From an uncultured Candidatus Saccharibacteria bacterium (lineage in GTDB: Bacteria > Patescibacteriota > Doudnabacteria > UBA920): 64,000 nucleotides of DNA. The DNA lies in assembly GCA_964474825.1 (NCBI GenBank), contig CAYYWQ010000001.1:1189-65188 (forward strand), written 5' to 3'. This document shows positions 17,582 through 27,472 of the stretch, in pieces. The notes below the pieces were generated by a model, which was given only the letters and a program-made list of their open reading frames with translations, searched no databases and had not been told where the DNA came from. How positions within the stretch are numbered: position 1 is the first letter of the stretch; the number at the start of each line of letters is the position of its first letter. Both the position numbers and the translations under genes were made by a program.

Positions 17582-18968
17582 AAAAACGAAAATAGTTTGT
17601 ACTTTAGGGCCGACTTCGCAGAGTGTTAAGACTTTAACGGAAATGGTAAAGGCGGGGATGAATGTAGCCAGGCTTAATTTTAGCCATGGCGACCATGAAA
17701 ACCATGCCATGCTTATTCGCAACATCCGCTCCGTTGCTAAAAAGTTAAATACCACTATAACAATTATTCAGGATTTGCACGGGCCCAAAATCCGCGTTTT
17801 GGAAATGAAGGAACCAATCAACGTTAAGGTTGGACAAACTGTAATTATTGGCGAAGACTTTAAACTAGACTTGGACGTAATGAAGTCCATAAGGGCTAAA
17901 CAGAGGATTTTAATAGAAGACGGGCTTATTGAACTGGAGGCGGAAAAAGTAGTGGGCGGCAAAATTTACTGCATTGCCCTTTCTCCGGGGAAAATCCAAA
18001 GCCATAAAGGCGTAAACCTGCCCCGCACCAAACTGCACATTCCTATTCTTACCGACAAAGACATTGCGGATTTAAAATTTGGCTTGGATCAAAATGTGGA
18101 CTATGTTGCGTTGTCTTTTGTCCGCAACGCTAAAGACGTAGTCAAACTTCGGGAGTTAATAGAAAAATATAATCCTAAAACTTTCCAAAAGCCTTTAATT
18201 ATTGCCAAAATAGAAAAACCGGAAGCTGTAAAGAATTTTGATTCCATTTTAAGAGTGACAGATAGCGTTATGGTAGCCAGAGGTGACTTAGGCGTGGAAA
18301 TGCCTGAGAACCAGGTGCCTATTATTCAAAAATCTATAATCCAAAAATGCTTGCATGCCAGTAAGCCCGTAATTGTGGCCACGCAAATGTTAGACAGTAT
18401 GATACGAAATCCACGGCCGACCCGCGCTGAAGTTAGCGACGTGGCCAATGCTGTCATAGACCAAACCGACTGCGTAATGCTTAGCGGCGAAACTGCTTTT
18501 GGAAAGTTCCCGGTTAAAGCCGTAAGCGAAATGGCGCGCATAATTGAAACCACGGAAAAATCTGCCTTCCTGCCTGCTCACAAACATTTAGCCGACCGCA
18601 TTGTAAGCAAGACCGAAGCAGTTGCCGAAAGCGTATTTGATTTAGCTATGCATACCAAAGCTAAGGTAATTGTGGGAGCCACGGAGTCAGGGTTTACCGC
18701 AAGGGAAGTCGCGCACGAGAGGCCTTACCATCAACATTTGGTAATGCTTACTCCCAAGGCCAAAACTTTAAGGCAAATAAATATGATATGGGGAGTCCAG
18801 CCGTTTTTGGTAGGCGAAGCTAAAACTTTTGAAGAATTAATGGAGGTAATGTTGGACACGCTGAAGCAAAAAAAATTGGTAAAAAAAGGCGACAAGGTCG
18901 TGGTCGTAACCGGCGAGCCTTTAGGTCAAAAAGAGAATTTAAATATGGTGGAAGTAAAAACAGTATAA
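17574..18968 (+). CDS. pyk: Pyruvate kinase
   Basis: TKIVCTLGP, ARLNFSHG and MVARGDLGVEMP motifs. Length 464 aa. Confidence 0.9.
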   Translation: MNKKTKIVCTLGPTSQSVKTLTEMVKAGMNVARLNFSHGDHENHAMLIRNIRSVAKKLNTTITIIQDLHGPKIRVLEMKEPINVKVGQTVIIGEDFKLDLDVMKSIRAKQRILIEDGLIELEAEKVVGGKIYCIALSPGKIQSHKGVNLPRTKLHIPILTDKDIADLKFGLDQNVDYVALSFVRNAKDVVKLRELIEKYNPKTFQKPLIIAKIEKPEAVKNFDSILRVTDSVMVARGDLGVEMPENQVPIIQKSIIQKCLHASKPVIVATQMLDSMIRNPRPTRAEVSDVANAVIDQTDCVMLSGETAFGKFPVKAVSEMARIIETTEKSAFLPAHKHLADRIVSKTEAVAESVFDLAMHTKAKVIVGATESGFTAREVAHERPYHQHLVMLTPKAKTLRQINMIWGVQPFLVGEAKTFEELMEVMLDTLKQKKLVKKGDKVVVVTGEPLGQKENLNMVEVKTV

Positions 18969-18977
18969 ATTAAATTT

Positions 18978-19295
18978 ATGAGAAAAATACCACGAGAAGG
19001 TTATGAGCCCAAACATGAGCCAACATCTCTCGATGATGTAATGCAAGGCCTGAACAGTTTAGGTATGGTACAGAATGCTATTAGAAATCCCACAGCCGAA
19101 GATATACTGCTTATGGAAAGTATGAAAGAGCAAATAAGGGGGCAAATAAAAGATTTACATGGTCTGGAAGAAATTAAAGCTGGCTTGAGGAAGCAGAAGG
19201 GTGACGATGCAAAGCTTACACTTGCGGCTTTAGAAAGAGCTGATTTAACATGGCTGGATGAATCTAATGATTCTAGTAAAACCGCCCAGGCTTAG
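18978..19295 (+). CDS. Hypothetical protein
   Basis: 105-aa ORF followed by a clean terminator aaaaccgcccaggcttagtaggcggtttttt (19283-19312). Confidence 0.35.
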   Translation: MRKIPREGYEPKHEPTSLDDVMQGLNSLGMVQNAIRNPTAEDILLMESMKEQIRGQIKDLHGLEEIKAGLRKQKGDDAKLTLAALERADLTWLDESNDSSKTAQA

Positions 19296-19408
19296 TAGGC
19301 GGTTTTTTAATGACAGATTTAAAAAAACAGGATATAATAAAGTTAATGAATCTATCATACTTTGTATGATTTTTTAATAAAAATTTATCCTTAATTAAGA
19401 GAGAATTT

Positions 19409-21883
19409 ATGGATCAAGACAGAGACAAAACGTTTATTTTGTGGTTTGACCAAATCAAAAAGGAAGACGTGCATTTGGTCGGCGGCAAGAATGCCAACTT
19501 AGGGGAAATGTTTCAGAATTTAACGAACGCCGAGAGCGCCACATTTAAAGGTGAGAAAATCTCTGTGCCTTACGGTTTTGCCGTAACAGCAGCGGCTTAC
19601 GCTCATTTTATTAAGGAGAATCAGTTAGACGCCAAAATTAGGCAGGCCCTGGAAGGTTTGAACACCCACGACATAAAACAGTTAGAGCAAAAAGGCCAGC
19701 AGGTCAGGCAATTAATTTTGGAAGCCGACTTCCCAACAGATTTGCGCCAGCAAATTAAGACAGCTTTTGAAGAACTGGGCAAGAAATTAAAACTTACCTC
19801 ACAGGAATTAGATGTAGCTGTTAGGTCCAGTGCCACAGCGGAAGATTTACCAGACGCCAGCTTTGCCGGGCAACAGGAAAGTTACTTAAACGTTCGTGGT
19901 GAATACGAACTTTTGGAAGCTATTAAAAAAGCTTTCGCATCTTTGTTTACCAACCGAGCTATTTCTTATCGTGTTGACCAGAAGTTTGACCATTTTGAAG
20001 TTAAGCTTTCTGTTGCCGTGCAAAAAATGGCAAGGTCCGACAGAGGGGCCAGCGGCGTGGTCTTTACACTGGACACCGAAAGCGGTTTTAAAGATTTAGT
20101 TTTAATTAACGCCTCCTGGGGTTTGGGTGAGTTTGTGGTTAAGGGTGTTGTTACCCCGGACGAATATAAAGTTTTTAAGCCAACTTTGCGTAAAGGTTTT
20201 AAGGCAGTTATAAGCAAAAAAATTGGCAGTAAAGAGAAAAAGTTAATTTACGCTACGGAAGGCACTCAGGCCACTAAAGAATTGCCAGTTGCCGAAGCAG
20301 ACCGTCACCGTTTTGTTTTAAACGACGAGCAAATAATGAAGCTGGCCAAATGGGCAGTTATAATAGAAGACCACTATGGCAGGCCAATGGACATTGAATG
20401 GGCCTACGATGGCTTAGACCAGACTTTATACATTGTGCAGGCCAGGCCGGAGACAGTGCAGGCGCGAAAGAGCGGCACGGTTTTGGAAGAGTTTGTTATG
20501 GAAGAAAAGAATGGTAAAGTCTTGGTAACCGGCGCTGCCGTTGGTGCTAAAATTGGTCAGGGCAAGGCCCATTATATTAAAGACGCAACTCAAATTTCTG
20601 AGTTCAAAAAAGGTGAAGTATTGCTTACGGAAATTACAGATCCAGACTGGGAACCAATCATGAAAATAGCTTCCGCTATTGTAACCAACAGCGGCGGCAG
20701 GACTTCGCATGCTGCTATTGTTTCGCGCGAACTTGGTATTCCGGCTATTGTAGGTTGTGGCCATGCTACAGAGGTTATTAAAGACGGGCAGGAAATTACA
20801 GCGTCATGCGCAGAAGGTGAAGTAGGAAAAGTTTATGAAGGCCTTCTTAAATATGAAGTTAAACGCCATGACTTAACAGACTTCCAGCCCCCAAAGACAG
20901 ACATTAAAATGATAGCCGCAGACCCAGAGCTGGCTTTTAGCCACTGCTTTACACCGAACAAAGGAGTAGGTTTGGCGCGCGTGGAATTTGTTATTTCCAA
21001 CTTTATTAAAATCCACCCTAATGCGTTAATAGATTACGAAAAGTTAACAGATAAAACCGTTAAAGAACAAATAGACGAACTCACAGCCGGATATCCTGAC
21101 AAAGTGGAATATTATTTGAATAAGTTTGCTTACGGTGTGGCCCAGTTGGCCGCGGCGTTTTACCCTTATGATGTATTGCTCCGTTTCTCTGACTTCAAAA
21201 GCAACGAGTACGCCAACTTAATTGGCGGTAAACTTTATGAGCCGGAAGAAGAAAATCCAATGCTTGGTTGGCGCGGAGCCAGCCGTTACTATGACCCAAA
21301 ATTCCAAAAAGCTTTTGCTTTGGAATGCGAGGCAGTAAAAAAAGTTCGTGAAGAAATGGGTCTGTGGAATTTAAGCGTTATGATTCCGTTCTGCAGAACA
21401 CCTGAAGAAGGTAAAAAAGTTGTAGAAGAAATAAACAAGAACGGTTTAACCAGCCGCATAACTCCTGAACAGCGTAAGAAAAAGAAAAACGGCGACTTGG
21501 TGGAAGCCATGGAAATTTGGGTTATGGCCGAAATTCCTTCCAACATTTTGCAGGTAGACGAATTCGCGGAAATTTTTGACGGCTTCTCTATTGGCTCTAA
21601 CGACTTGACCCAGTTAACATTGGGATTAGACCGTGACAACAAAAACATTGCCCACATTGGCAATGAAAGAAGTAAGGCTGTTGCCAAGTTGATCCACATG
21701 CTCATTACCGAAGCCCACGCCCGCGGCCTGAAAGTCGGCATTTGCGGCCAAGGCCCTTCCGACTTCCCGGACTTTGGTGAATACTTGGTGAAAGAAGGAA
21801 TAGACTCAATATCAATCAACCCAGACACAGTCCTTAAAGCCAATATTCAAATTAAGGAAGTAGAAGACAAGATGGGGAAGTAG
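19409..21883 (+). CDS. ppsA: Phosphoenolpyruvate synthase (pyruvate, water dikinase)
   Basis: GGKNANLGEM N-terminal ATP-grasp signature, a central phospho-histidine domain (GGRTSHAAIVSRELGIP), and a C-terminal PEP-utilising TIM barrel. Length 824 aa. Confidence 0.9.
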   Translation: MDQDRDKTFILWFDQIKKEDVHLVGGKNANLGEMFQNLTNAESATFKGEKISVPYGFAVTAAAYAHFIKENQLDAKIRQALEGLNTHDIKQLEQKGQQVRQLILEADFPTDLRQQIKTAFEELGKKLKLTSQELDVAVRSSATAEDLPDASFAGQQESYLNVRGEYELLEAIKKAFASLFTNRAISYRVDQKFDHFEVKLSVAVQKMARSDRGASGVVFTLDTESGFKDLVLINASWGLGEFVVKGVVTPDEYKVFKPTLRKGFKAVISKKIGSKEKKLIYATEGTQATKELPVAEADRHRFVLNDEQIMKLAKWAVIIEDHYGRPMDIEWAYDGLDQTLYIVQARPETVQARKSGTVLEEFVMEEKNGKVLVTGAAVGAKIGQGKAHYIKDATQISEFKKGEVLLTEITDPDWEPIMKIASAIVTNSGGRTSHAAIVSRELGIPAIVGCGHATEVIKDGQEITASCAEGEVGKVYEGLLKYEVKRHDLTDFQPPKTDIKMIAADPELAFSHCFTPNKGVGLARVEFVISNFIKIHPNALIDYEKLTDKTVKEQIDELTAGYPDKVEYYLNKFAYGVAQLAAAFYPYDVLLRFSDFKSNEYANLIGGKLYEPEEENPMLGWRGASRYYDPKFQKAFALECEAVKKVREEMGLWNLSVMIPFCRTPEEGKKVVEEINKNGLTSRITPEQRKKKKNGDLVEAMEIWVMAEIPSNILQVDEFAEIFDGFSIGSNDLTQLTLGLDRDNKNIAHIGNERSKAVAKLIHMLITEAHARGLKVGICGQGPSDFPDFGEYLVKEGIDSISINPDTVLKANIQIKEVEDKMGK

Positions 21884-21912
21884 ATCCTATCGATAACTAT
21901 CGCTATTACAAA

Positions 21913-21943
21913 AACACCCCCGCAAAGGCAGGGGTGTTTTTGA
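21913..21943. terminator. Bidirectional terminator between ppsA (+) and the VanW-like gene (-)
   Basis: The sequence aaaaacacccccgcaaaggcaggggtgtttttg. Confidence 0.7.
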
Positions 21944-21949
21944 TATCTA

Positions 21950-22759
21950 TTAAGGCTTGGCTGTTTCAATAAACGGCTCGTACATCATGATTGCGTGGTT
22001 TTCGGTAATGAGTTCGTCTTTAATTAATTTATTTTGTGGGTCTGTAATTTTTCGGAAAATGGAATTGTGCCTGGTGTAGCCGCCCCACCATTCGTGGTTT
22101 ATGTGGTGGGATTTTTCATAAACTTCGTAGTTAAAGTTGGAGGGGGTATTTGACCGCCATTGTCCAATTAGTTGGTCTTTGGTTAAATTAATTTTAAGTT
22201 GGAAAGTGGCGGAGGTGGGATTAACTATTTGCAAGTCTATATTTGGATAAGCGCAGGTGGCGCCGCTGCCAAAGGGCAGGGTGCGGTTTGCGTCCGGGAA
22301 GACGTCGTACGAATGGCGCCACCGTTCTACTACCTGTAGGGGAGTATGCAGTGTTGCCCAATAAATTAAGTTGCTGACTTGGCATAAACCCCCGCCAGTC
22401 CCGGATTTTACTAACCCGTTGTGGAGTACCATGCCGGTTTTATAGCCGCGGCGTTTAGTTGGCCGGCCAATTAATTTCCAAAAAGAAAATATTTCCCCAG
22501 GGCCTAAAAGCAAACCGTTTATGTGCTGCGCTGCAATTTTTAGGTTGGTAATTTTATTGTGCTGTAAGTGCATATCAACATTGCGAAGCTTGCGCAGCAG
22601 GGTGGATTGGTGCGTAAAAATAACATAAGGAAGTTCTTCCGCTTGAATGCGGCTGGCAAAAGGCAACTTAGAAAAATGCCAGTAAAGTTTTTTTCTAGCT
22701 GTAAAATAAAAACTTCCAAGTATTTTGCGCAGGCGAGACCGGGCTTTAGGTTTGTCCAT
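21950..22759 (-). CDS. VanW-family protein
   Basis: GPGEIFSFWKLIGRP...GTGGGLCQVSNLIY is characteristic of the VanW domain. Confidence 0.65.
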   Translation of the reverse strand: MDKPKARSRLRKILGSFYFTARKKLYWHFSKLPFASRIQAEELPYVIFTHQSTLLRKLRNVDMHLQHNKITNLKIAAQHINGLLLGPGEIFSFWKLIGRPTKRRGYKTGMVLHNGLVKSGTGGGLCQVSNLIYWATLHTPLQVVERWRHSYDVFPDANRTLPFGSGATCAYPNIDLQIVNPTSATFQLKINLTKDQLIGQWRSNTPSNFNYEVYEKSHHINHEWWGGYTRHNSIFRKITDPQNKLIKDELITENHAIMMYEPFIETAKP

Positions 22760-22895
22760 AAATATTGCTTAGCAATGTTAGGGGAATTATATAATATAAA
22801 GCTTGAATTGTCAGGGGCTTTGCTCTTGATAAAGGCCTGTTTTAAGTGTAAAATTAAGCATCGCAGTTTTTGTTTGAATCTGAACGGAGGCCGTA

Positions 22896-23749
22896 TGTTC
22901 AAGTTGTTTTTGCGTTTACAGTTGTGGCTGGTAAAGGCGGCAGAGTGGATCCCGCTGGGGAACTATAAACCCGCAAGAACCAAAGCCCGGCAACTCAACG
23001 GTAGGACAGTGCTTCTCATCTGCGCTCACTGCGACGATGAGTCCATGTCCATGATGCCGTTGGGCGTTCGATACCAGGAGGAAGGCTACCAAGTCGTATG
23101 CCTGACCTTAACCATAGGCAAAGAACCTAAAGACAAAGTCCGGCGCAGAAAGGAGCTGCTAAAGGCCTGTAACTTTATGGGGATACAAAGTGTGCTATTG
23201 GTGCACGAGGGAGTGTTGCGGGAGATCAAAAGCAAGGACCCCGCAGATCACGAAATCGTTATCTCGAGGCTGACTCGAGAGATTGCTATAGTTCGGCCGC
23301 ACACTATTATTCTCCACGGCCTGGACCGGCACCCTGACCACATCGCGGTTTGTAATTTCACGCTGGAAGCACTCAAGCGTATGCCCGGATTTAGTTGTGT
23401 GTTGGCTTTCTCTGAGTTCTGGGGAAAGCTGACGCGGCCAAACGTCCAGGTCCAAATTTCAGTCAAGAACTTAGCGTTCTTGCTGAAAGCGCTTTCGTTC
23501 CACGTTGGCGAACTGAGTCGCAATCCATACCACCTGCTCTGGCCGTTCATGCTCATGCTGAACCGCCTGTACAGTGAAGTGGTATCAGGGTGGGGAGGAA
23601 AAGCTACACCCTTCCCTCTGTCGGCGTTGTACGAGGTGGTCCTGTGTACCGACGGCATGGTGAGCGATTTCATTAAACCGCCCGAAGGCGCCAACGGGAT
23701 CCAACTTGCGCTTACGGACTCCCTTTCCACTTTAATGCCCAGCAACTAA
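22896..23749 (+). CDS. PIG-L/LmbE-family N-acetylglucosaminyl deacetylase-like protein (GC-rich)
   Basis: LLICAHCDDESM (a variant of the AHPDDE zinc-binding motif) and a downstream HPDH. I chose the start at ATG 22896 because of the ggagg RBS. The longer six-frame ORF starting at 22568 overlaps the VanW gene on the other strand. GC content is clearly above the local background. Confidence 0.6.
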
Positions 23750-23906
23750 CAACTCTATGAAAACTGAGGCCGGCGGCAGCGTTTAGCAGACAGTTATCGC
23801 TAAACGAGCCGCCGGTTGCTTGTTTGTAAATTCAGTTTAATTTAAAATAAATGCCCTGGCTTTTATCTGCTGTTTATGATAAAATAATCAAGACTTTTGC
23901 GACCAT

Positions 23907-23996
23907 GGAAGCGTCGCATAGTGGTCGAGTGCACCGCCTTGGAAAGGCGGCAGGGTGTTACAGCCCTCAAGGGTTCGAATCCCTTCGCTTCCGCCA
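23907..23996 (+). tRNA. tRNA-Ser (anticodon GGA)
   Basis: Cloverleaf with a GGAAGCG/CGCTTCC acceptor stem, an anticodon loop TTGGAAA giving anticodon GGA, a long variable arm, a GGTTCGAATCC T-arm, and an encoded CCA. Confidence 0.85.
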
Positions 23997-23997
23997 T

Positions 23998-24030
23998 AAA
24001 AAACGCAAATAATTTTGCGTTTTTTATGCG
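23998..24030 (+). terminator. Rho-independent terminator after tRNA-Ser
   Basis: The sequence aaaaacgcaaataattttgcgttttttat. Confidence 0.6.
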
Positions 24031-24076
24031 CCAAAAACAAGTTGCGGGTATTATTGTTAGGGTTTAATATACATGT

Positions 24077-25837
24077 ATGGCAGACCAAATGCTCCAAGAA
24101 ATTAAAGACCGTTTGAATGTTGCGGATGTCCTTTCTTCATATATTCAAATAAAAAAGGCCGGGCCTAATTTTAAGGCGCTGTGTCCTTTTCATGGTGAAA
24201 AAACACCTTCTTTTCAAATAAGTCCGCAAAAGCAAATTTGGCATTGCTTTGGCTGCCATGAGGGTGGTGATATTTTTGGGTTTGTAATGCGTTATGAGAA
24301 TGTAGACTTTAAGGAAGCTTTAAAAATTTTAGCCCAAAAAGCCGGAGTGCAGCTTCCGCAATACCGTCCTGCAAGCCCACAGGAACAAACGGAAAAAGAA
24401 TTACTGTTTAGGATTAACGACTTTGCCGCTCGCTATTACCATGAACTTTTAATAAAAGACAAGCGGGGAGCGGAGGCCTTAACTTATTTAAAAAACAGGG
24501 GGCTTACACTGGACACCATAAAAAAATGGCAAATTGGTTTTGCGCCGGACGACTTTCATACTTTGGAGCAGGCTTTAGGCAAAAAGAAAATAGCTCCGGC
24601 TATGCTAGTTAAAGCAGGAGTCTCAGCCAAGAATGAGCGCGGCCAAATTTATGACAGGTTTAGGGGTAGGGTAACTTTTCCTATTTATAATTACAACGGC
24701 GAAACAGTTGGGTTTTCGGCAAGAATATTGAAAGATGACGGAAAATCCGCCAAGTACGTAAACTCTCCGGAAACTTTAATTTATAGCAAAAGCAAAGTTT
24801 TGTTTGGTTTGAATTTTGCCAAAAATTCTGTTCGTAAGAATGACGAGGCGATTGTTGTAGAGGGTCAAATGGACTGCATTGCAGCTCACCAGGCTGGGTT
24901 TACCAATGTTGTGGCTAGCAGCGGCACAGCGCTTACATCTGACCAACTGGACTTGCTAGGCCGCCTAACCAGAACTTTAAAATTTTGTTTTGACGCGGAC
25001 GCGGCAGGCCTTGAGGCCACCAAACGTTCTGCCTCTATGTATATGGGACGGGATTATGTTATTAAAATTATTGAATTGGCCGGCGGCAAAGACCCGGACG
25101 ACGTAATTAAAAATAATCCGCAAGATTTTAAAAAGCAGGTGGCCGACGCCAGACTGTTTTTAGACTTTTATATAGACAAGCTGTTTGCTGATTTTAACAG
25201 CTCGTCTGTCCAGCAAAAGAAATTGGTAGCCAAGGAAATTTTACCGTTAATTAAATTACTTACTGACCCTGTTGAGCAGGATCATTATGTAAAGATTTTG
25301 GCCGGAAAATTTAACACTCAATCTAAAGTTTTGTGGGAAGCTTTGGATAAAATTAAGAAAACAACCGCTCCAAGTACTGCAGCATCTGTTAACCAGGTTT
25401 CTGCCGCCAGAGTTTCCCAAGAGGCTTTTTTGGAAAAACAATTGCTTGGGGGAATGCTGCTTTATCCGGATTTTGCCTCCTTTCTTCTAAAACAGGCCTC
25501 TCCGGACGAGTTTAGCGACTCTATTATTAGGGAACTGGTAACCAAACTTGGGTCTGGGCAAGCTTTTGAGATCAAGGCTGAGGTAGTAGCCAAGGAAGCC
25601 CTTTTTATGGTAGAATCACAACGTGATCAATTGGAGGGTGGTAGTGAGCAGCAATTGCGGGAGCTTCGAAAGACTTTCGCGATTTTTAAGCTGGCTGGCA
25701 TAAAAAGGCAGCAGCAACGGCTAAATATGGAAATCAGGCAGGCTGAAACAGCGGGTAATAAAGACCAGATTCATAAGTTGACTGAAGAATTTGCAAAGAG
25801 CGCAAAGCTCCGAATGGAATTTGAGAAATCTATTTAA
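24077..25837 (+). CDS. dnaG: DNA primase
   Basis: Zinc-binding CPFHGEKTPSF...CFGC, a TOPRIM region (EGQMDC), and a length of 586 aa. Confidence 0.9.
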   Translation: MADQMLQEIKDRLNVADVLSSYIQIKKAGPNFKALCPFHGEKTPSFQISPQKQIWHCFGCHEGGDIFGFVMRYENVDFKEALKILAQKAGVQLPQYRPASPQEQTEKELLFRINDFAARYYHELLIKDKRGAEALTYLKNRGLTLDTIKKWQIGFAPDDFHTLEQALGKKKIAPAMLVKAGVSAKNERGQIYDRFRGRVTFPIYNYNGETVGFSARILKDDGKSAKYVNSPETLIYSKSKVLFGLNFAKNSVRKNDEAIVVEGQMDCIAAHQAGFTNVVASSGTALTSDQLDLLGRLTRTLKFCFDADAAGLEATKRSASMYMGRDYVIKIIELAGGKDPDDVIKNNPQDFKKQVADARLFLDFYIDKLFADFNSSSVQQKKLVAKEILPLIKLLTDPVEQDHYVKILAGKFNTQSKVLWEALDKIKKTTAPSTAASVNQVSAARVSQEAFLEKQLLGGMLLYPDFASFLLKQASPDEFSDSIIRELVTKLGSGQAFEIKAEVVAKEALFMVESQRDQLEGGSEQQLRELRKTFAIFKLAGIKRQQQRLNMEIRQAETAGNKDQIHKLTEEFAKSAKLRMEFEKSI

Positions 25838-25857
25838 TAAGTGGGATTTAAGATTTT

Positions 25858-27114
25858 ATGGTAAAAAAGAAGAAGCCGCAAAAACTTAAAAAGAAATTCC
25901 TTCGCAAAATTAAAGCGAAGAATTTTAAACATGTCTCTAAGCCTAAAGTAAAGGCTAAGGTAAAAAAGGCGGCAGCCAAACCTTCCGAAACTGCCGGAGT
26001 TATCCGCGACGAAAAAATAATGGCGCAGTTAATGGAGAAGTCCTTGGAGCGCGGTTTTGTAACCGAAGCGGAACTGCTTCATGCGCTTCCTCAATTTGAA
26101 GACAATATAGCTGAATTGGAAGCCGTAATGGAAGCTTTGGAAAAGCGCGGCGTGGAAATTGTTGACCAGGAAGTGGCTAGTGTTTGGGAGCAGAATAAAA
26201 AGCCCGAAACTGTAGTTCAGCAAAAGACCGGCAAAGGCAAGAAAAAGAAGCAGTCTGAAGACGTAGATGCTTTTGATTTAGGAGACATTTACGACGACAG
26301 CATTCAAATGTATTTGCGCGAAATTGGTAAAGTTTCCTTAATTTCAGGAGCTGAAGAAATAGATTTAGCCAAACGAATTGCAAAAGGCGACGTAGCGGCC
26401 CGCAAAAAACTTACCGAAGCTAACCTGCGTTTGGTTGTGAGCATTGCCAAAAAATATATGGGCAGGAATTTGGGCCTTTTGGATTTAATACAAGAAGGTA
26501 ATTTAGGGTTATTCCGCGCCGTAGAAAAGTTTGACTGGACCAAAGGCTATAAATTTTCCACTTACGCTACCTGGTGGATCCGTCAGGCTATAACCCGCGC
26601 CCTTGCCGACCAAAGCCGTACCATCCGCATTCCTGTGCACATGGTGGAGACCTTAAACAAATACGCGCAGGCCGAACGGTCGCTCGTTCAAGATTTAGGA
26701 CGCGAGCCTTTGCCAGAAGAAATTGCCGCGGAAATGGGCATTGAGGTTGAAAAAGTTTATCATCTCAAGAAGATTTCCCAGGAAACGGTTTCCATAGACG
26801 CTCCGGTGGGGGAAGATGACGGTGAAGATTCTTACCTCGGCGATTTTATTGTAGACGAAGACACTACCAAGCCCAACGAAGTTGCGGGCAGGCAAATTCT
26901 AAAAGAATATGTGGGAAATGTTTTGAAAGACTTGGATCCGCGCGAACAAAAAATCCTAAAAATGCGTTTTGGTTTGGAAGACGGTGTTACCCATACCCTG
27001 GAAGAAGTCGGTGAAGAATTTGGCGTCACCCGCGAGCGCATTCGGCAAATTGAAAGCAAGGCTTTAGAGCGCATTAGGGAACATATAGATATAAATAAAT
27101 TAAGAGATTACTAG
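25858..27114 (+). CDS. rpoD: RNA polymerase sigma-70 factor RpoD
   Basis: Region 2 [18 protein letters not shown] and a region 4 HTH. A lysine-rich N-terminal extension is present. The gene sits directly downstream of dnaG in the classical operon order. Confidence 0.9.
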   Translation: MVKKKKPQKLKKKFLRKIKAKNFKHVSKPKVKAKVKKAAAKPSETAGVIRDEKIMAQLMEKSLERGFVTEAELLHALPQFEDNIAELEAVMEALEKRGVEIVDQEVASVWEQNKKPETVVQQKTGKGKKKKQSEDVDAFDLGDIYDDSIQMYLREIGKVSLISGAEEIDLAKRIAKGDVAARKKLTEANLRLVVSIAKKYMGRNLGLLDLIQEGNLGLFRAVEKFDWTKGYKFSTYATWWIRQAITRALADQSRTIRIPVHMVETLNKYAQAERSLVQDLGREPLPEEIAAEMGIEVEKVYHLKKISQETVSIDAPVGEDDGEDSYLGDFIVDEDTTKPNEVAGRQILKEYVGNVLKDLDPREQKILKMRFGLEDGVTHTLEEVGEEFGVTRERIRQIESKALERIREHIDINKLRDY

Positions 27115-27152
27115 AACACACAGCATAAAGCAGATAGCATTTAGTAGTTAGA

Positions 27153-27189
27153 TAAAATCCGCCCTTAAACTGGGGCGGATTTTTATTTT
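27153..27189 (+). terminator. Rho-independent terminator after rpoD
   Basis: The sequence atccgccc ttaaact gggcggat followed by ttttatttt. Confidence 0.7.
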
Positions 27190-27269
27190 GTGGTTAAATA
27201 AAAGTATTTTTTGGCCGTGGTGGATAACTTTTATTGACCTTAGATTTTGACGGGCGTAAACTTGAAATA

Positions 27270-27455
27270 GAAAGGAACGTAATAGATGCAAAGAGGAGTA
27301 ACTGCAGGTTAGCTTTCCCAAGCTTCTGCGAAAAACCCTTGCGGCCGGTTAGGCCATAATGCATCAGCATTAACAAAAGAACATCGCCTATGGGGAAAGC
27401 TAACCCTTTGTAAAACCCCTTCTATCCTTATTAGGACGAAGGGGTTTTGCTTTTG
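27270..27455 (+). ncRNA. Candidate small structured RNA of unknown class, with its own promoter and terminator
   Basis: Sigma-70-like promoter TTGACC-N17-TAAACT at 27235-27263. A long-range helix forms between ggttagctttccc (27308-27320) and ggggaaagctaacc (27392-27405), with internal palindromes (aatgcatcagcatt). The 3' end is a rho-independent terminator aaaccccttc...gaaggggttttgcttttg. No ORF longer than 8 codons is present. Confidence 0.3.
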
Positions 27456-27472
27456 TATGAGTTAAATTTATC

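Noticed and set aside
22568-22895. Long N-terminal extension of the PIG-L ORF given by the six-frame track (start 22568)
   Set aside because: It overlaps the 5' end of the VanW-like gene on the opposite strand by ~190 nt. The internal ATG at 22896 has a ggagg RBS, and the conserved PIG-L domain begins just after it.
23888-24097. 69-aa minus-strand ORF
   Set aside because: It lies antisense across tRNA-Ser and its terminator, so it is spurious.
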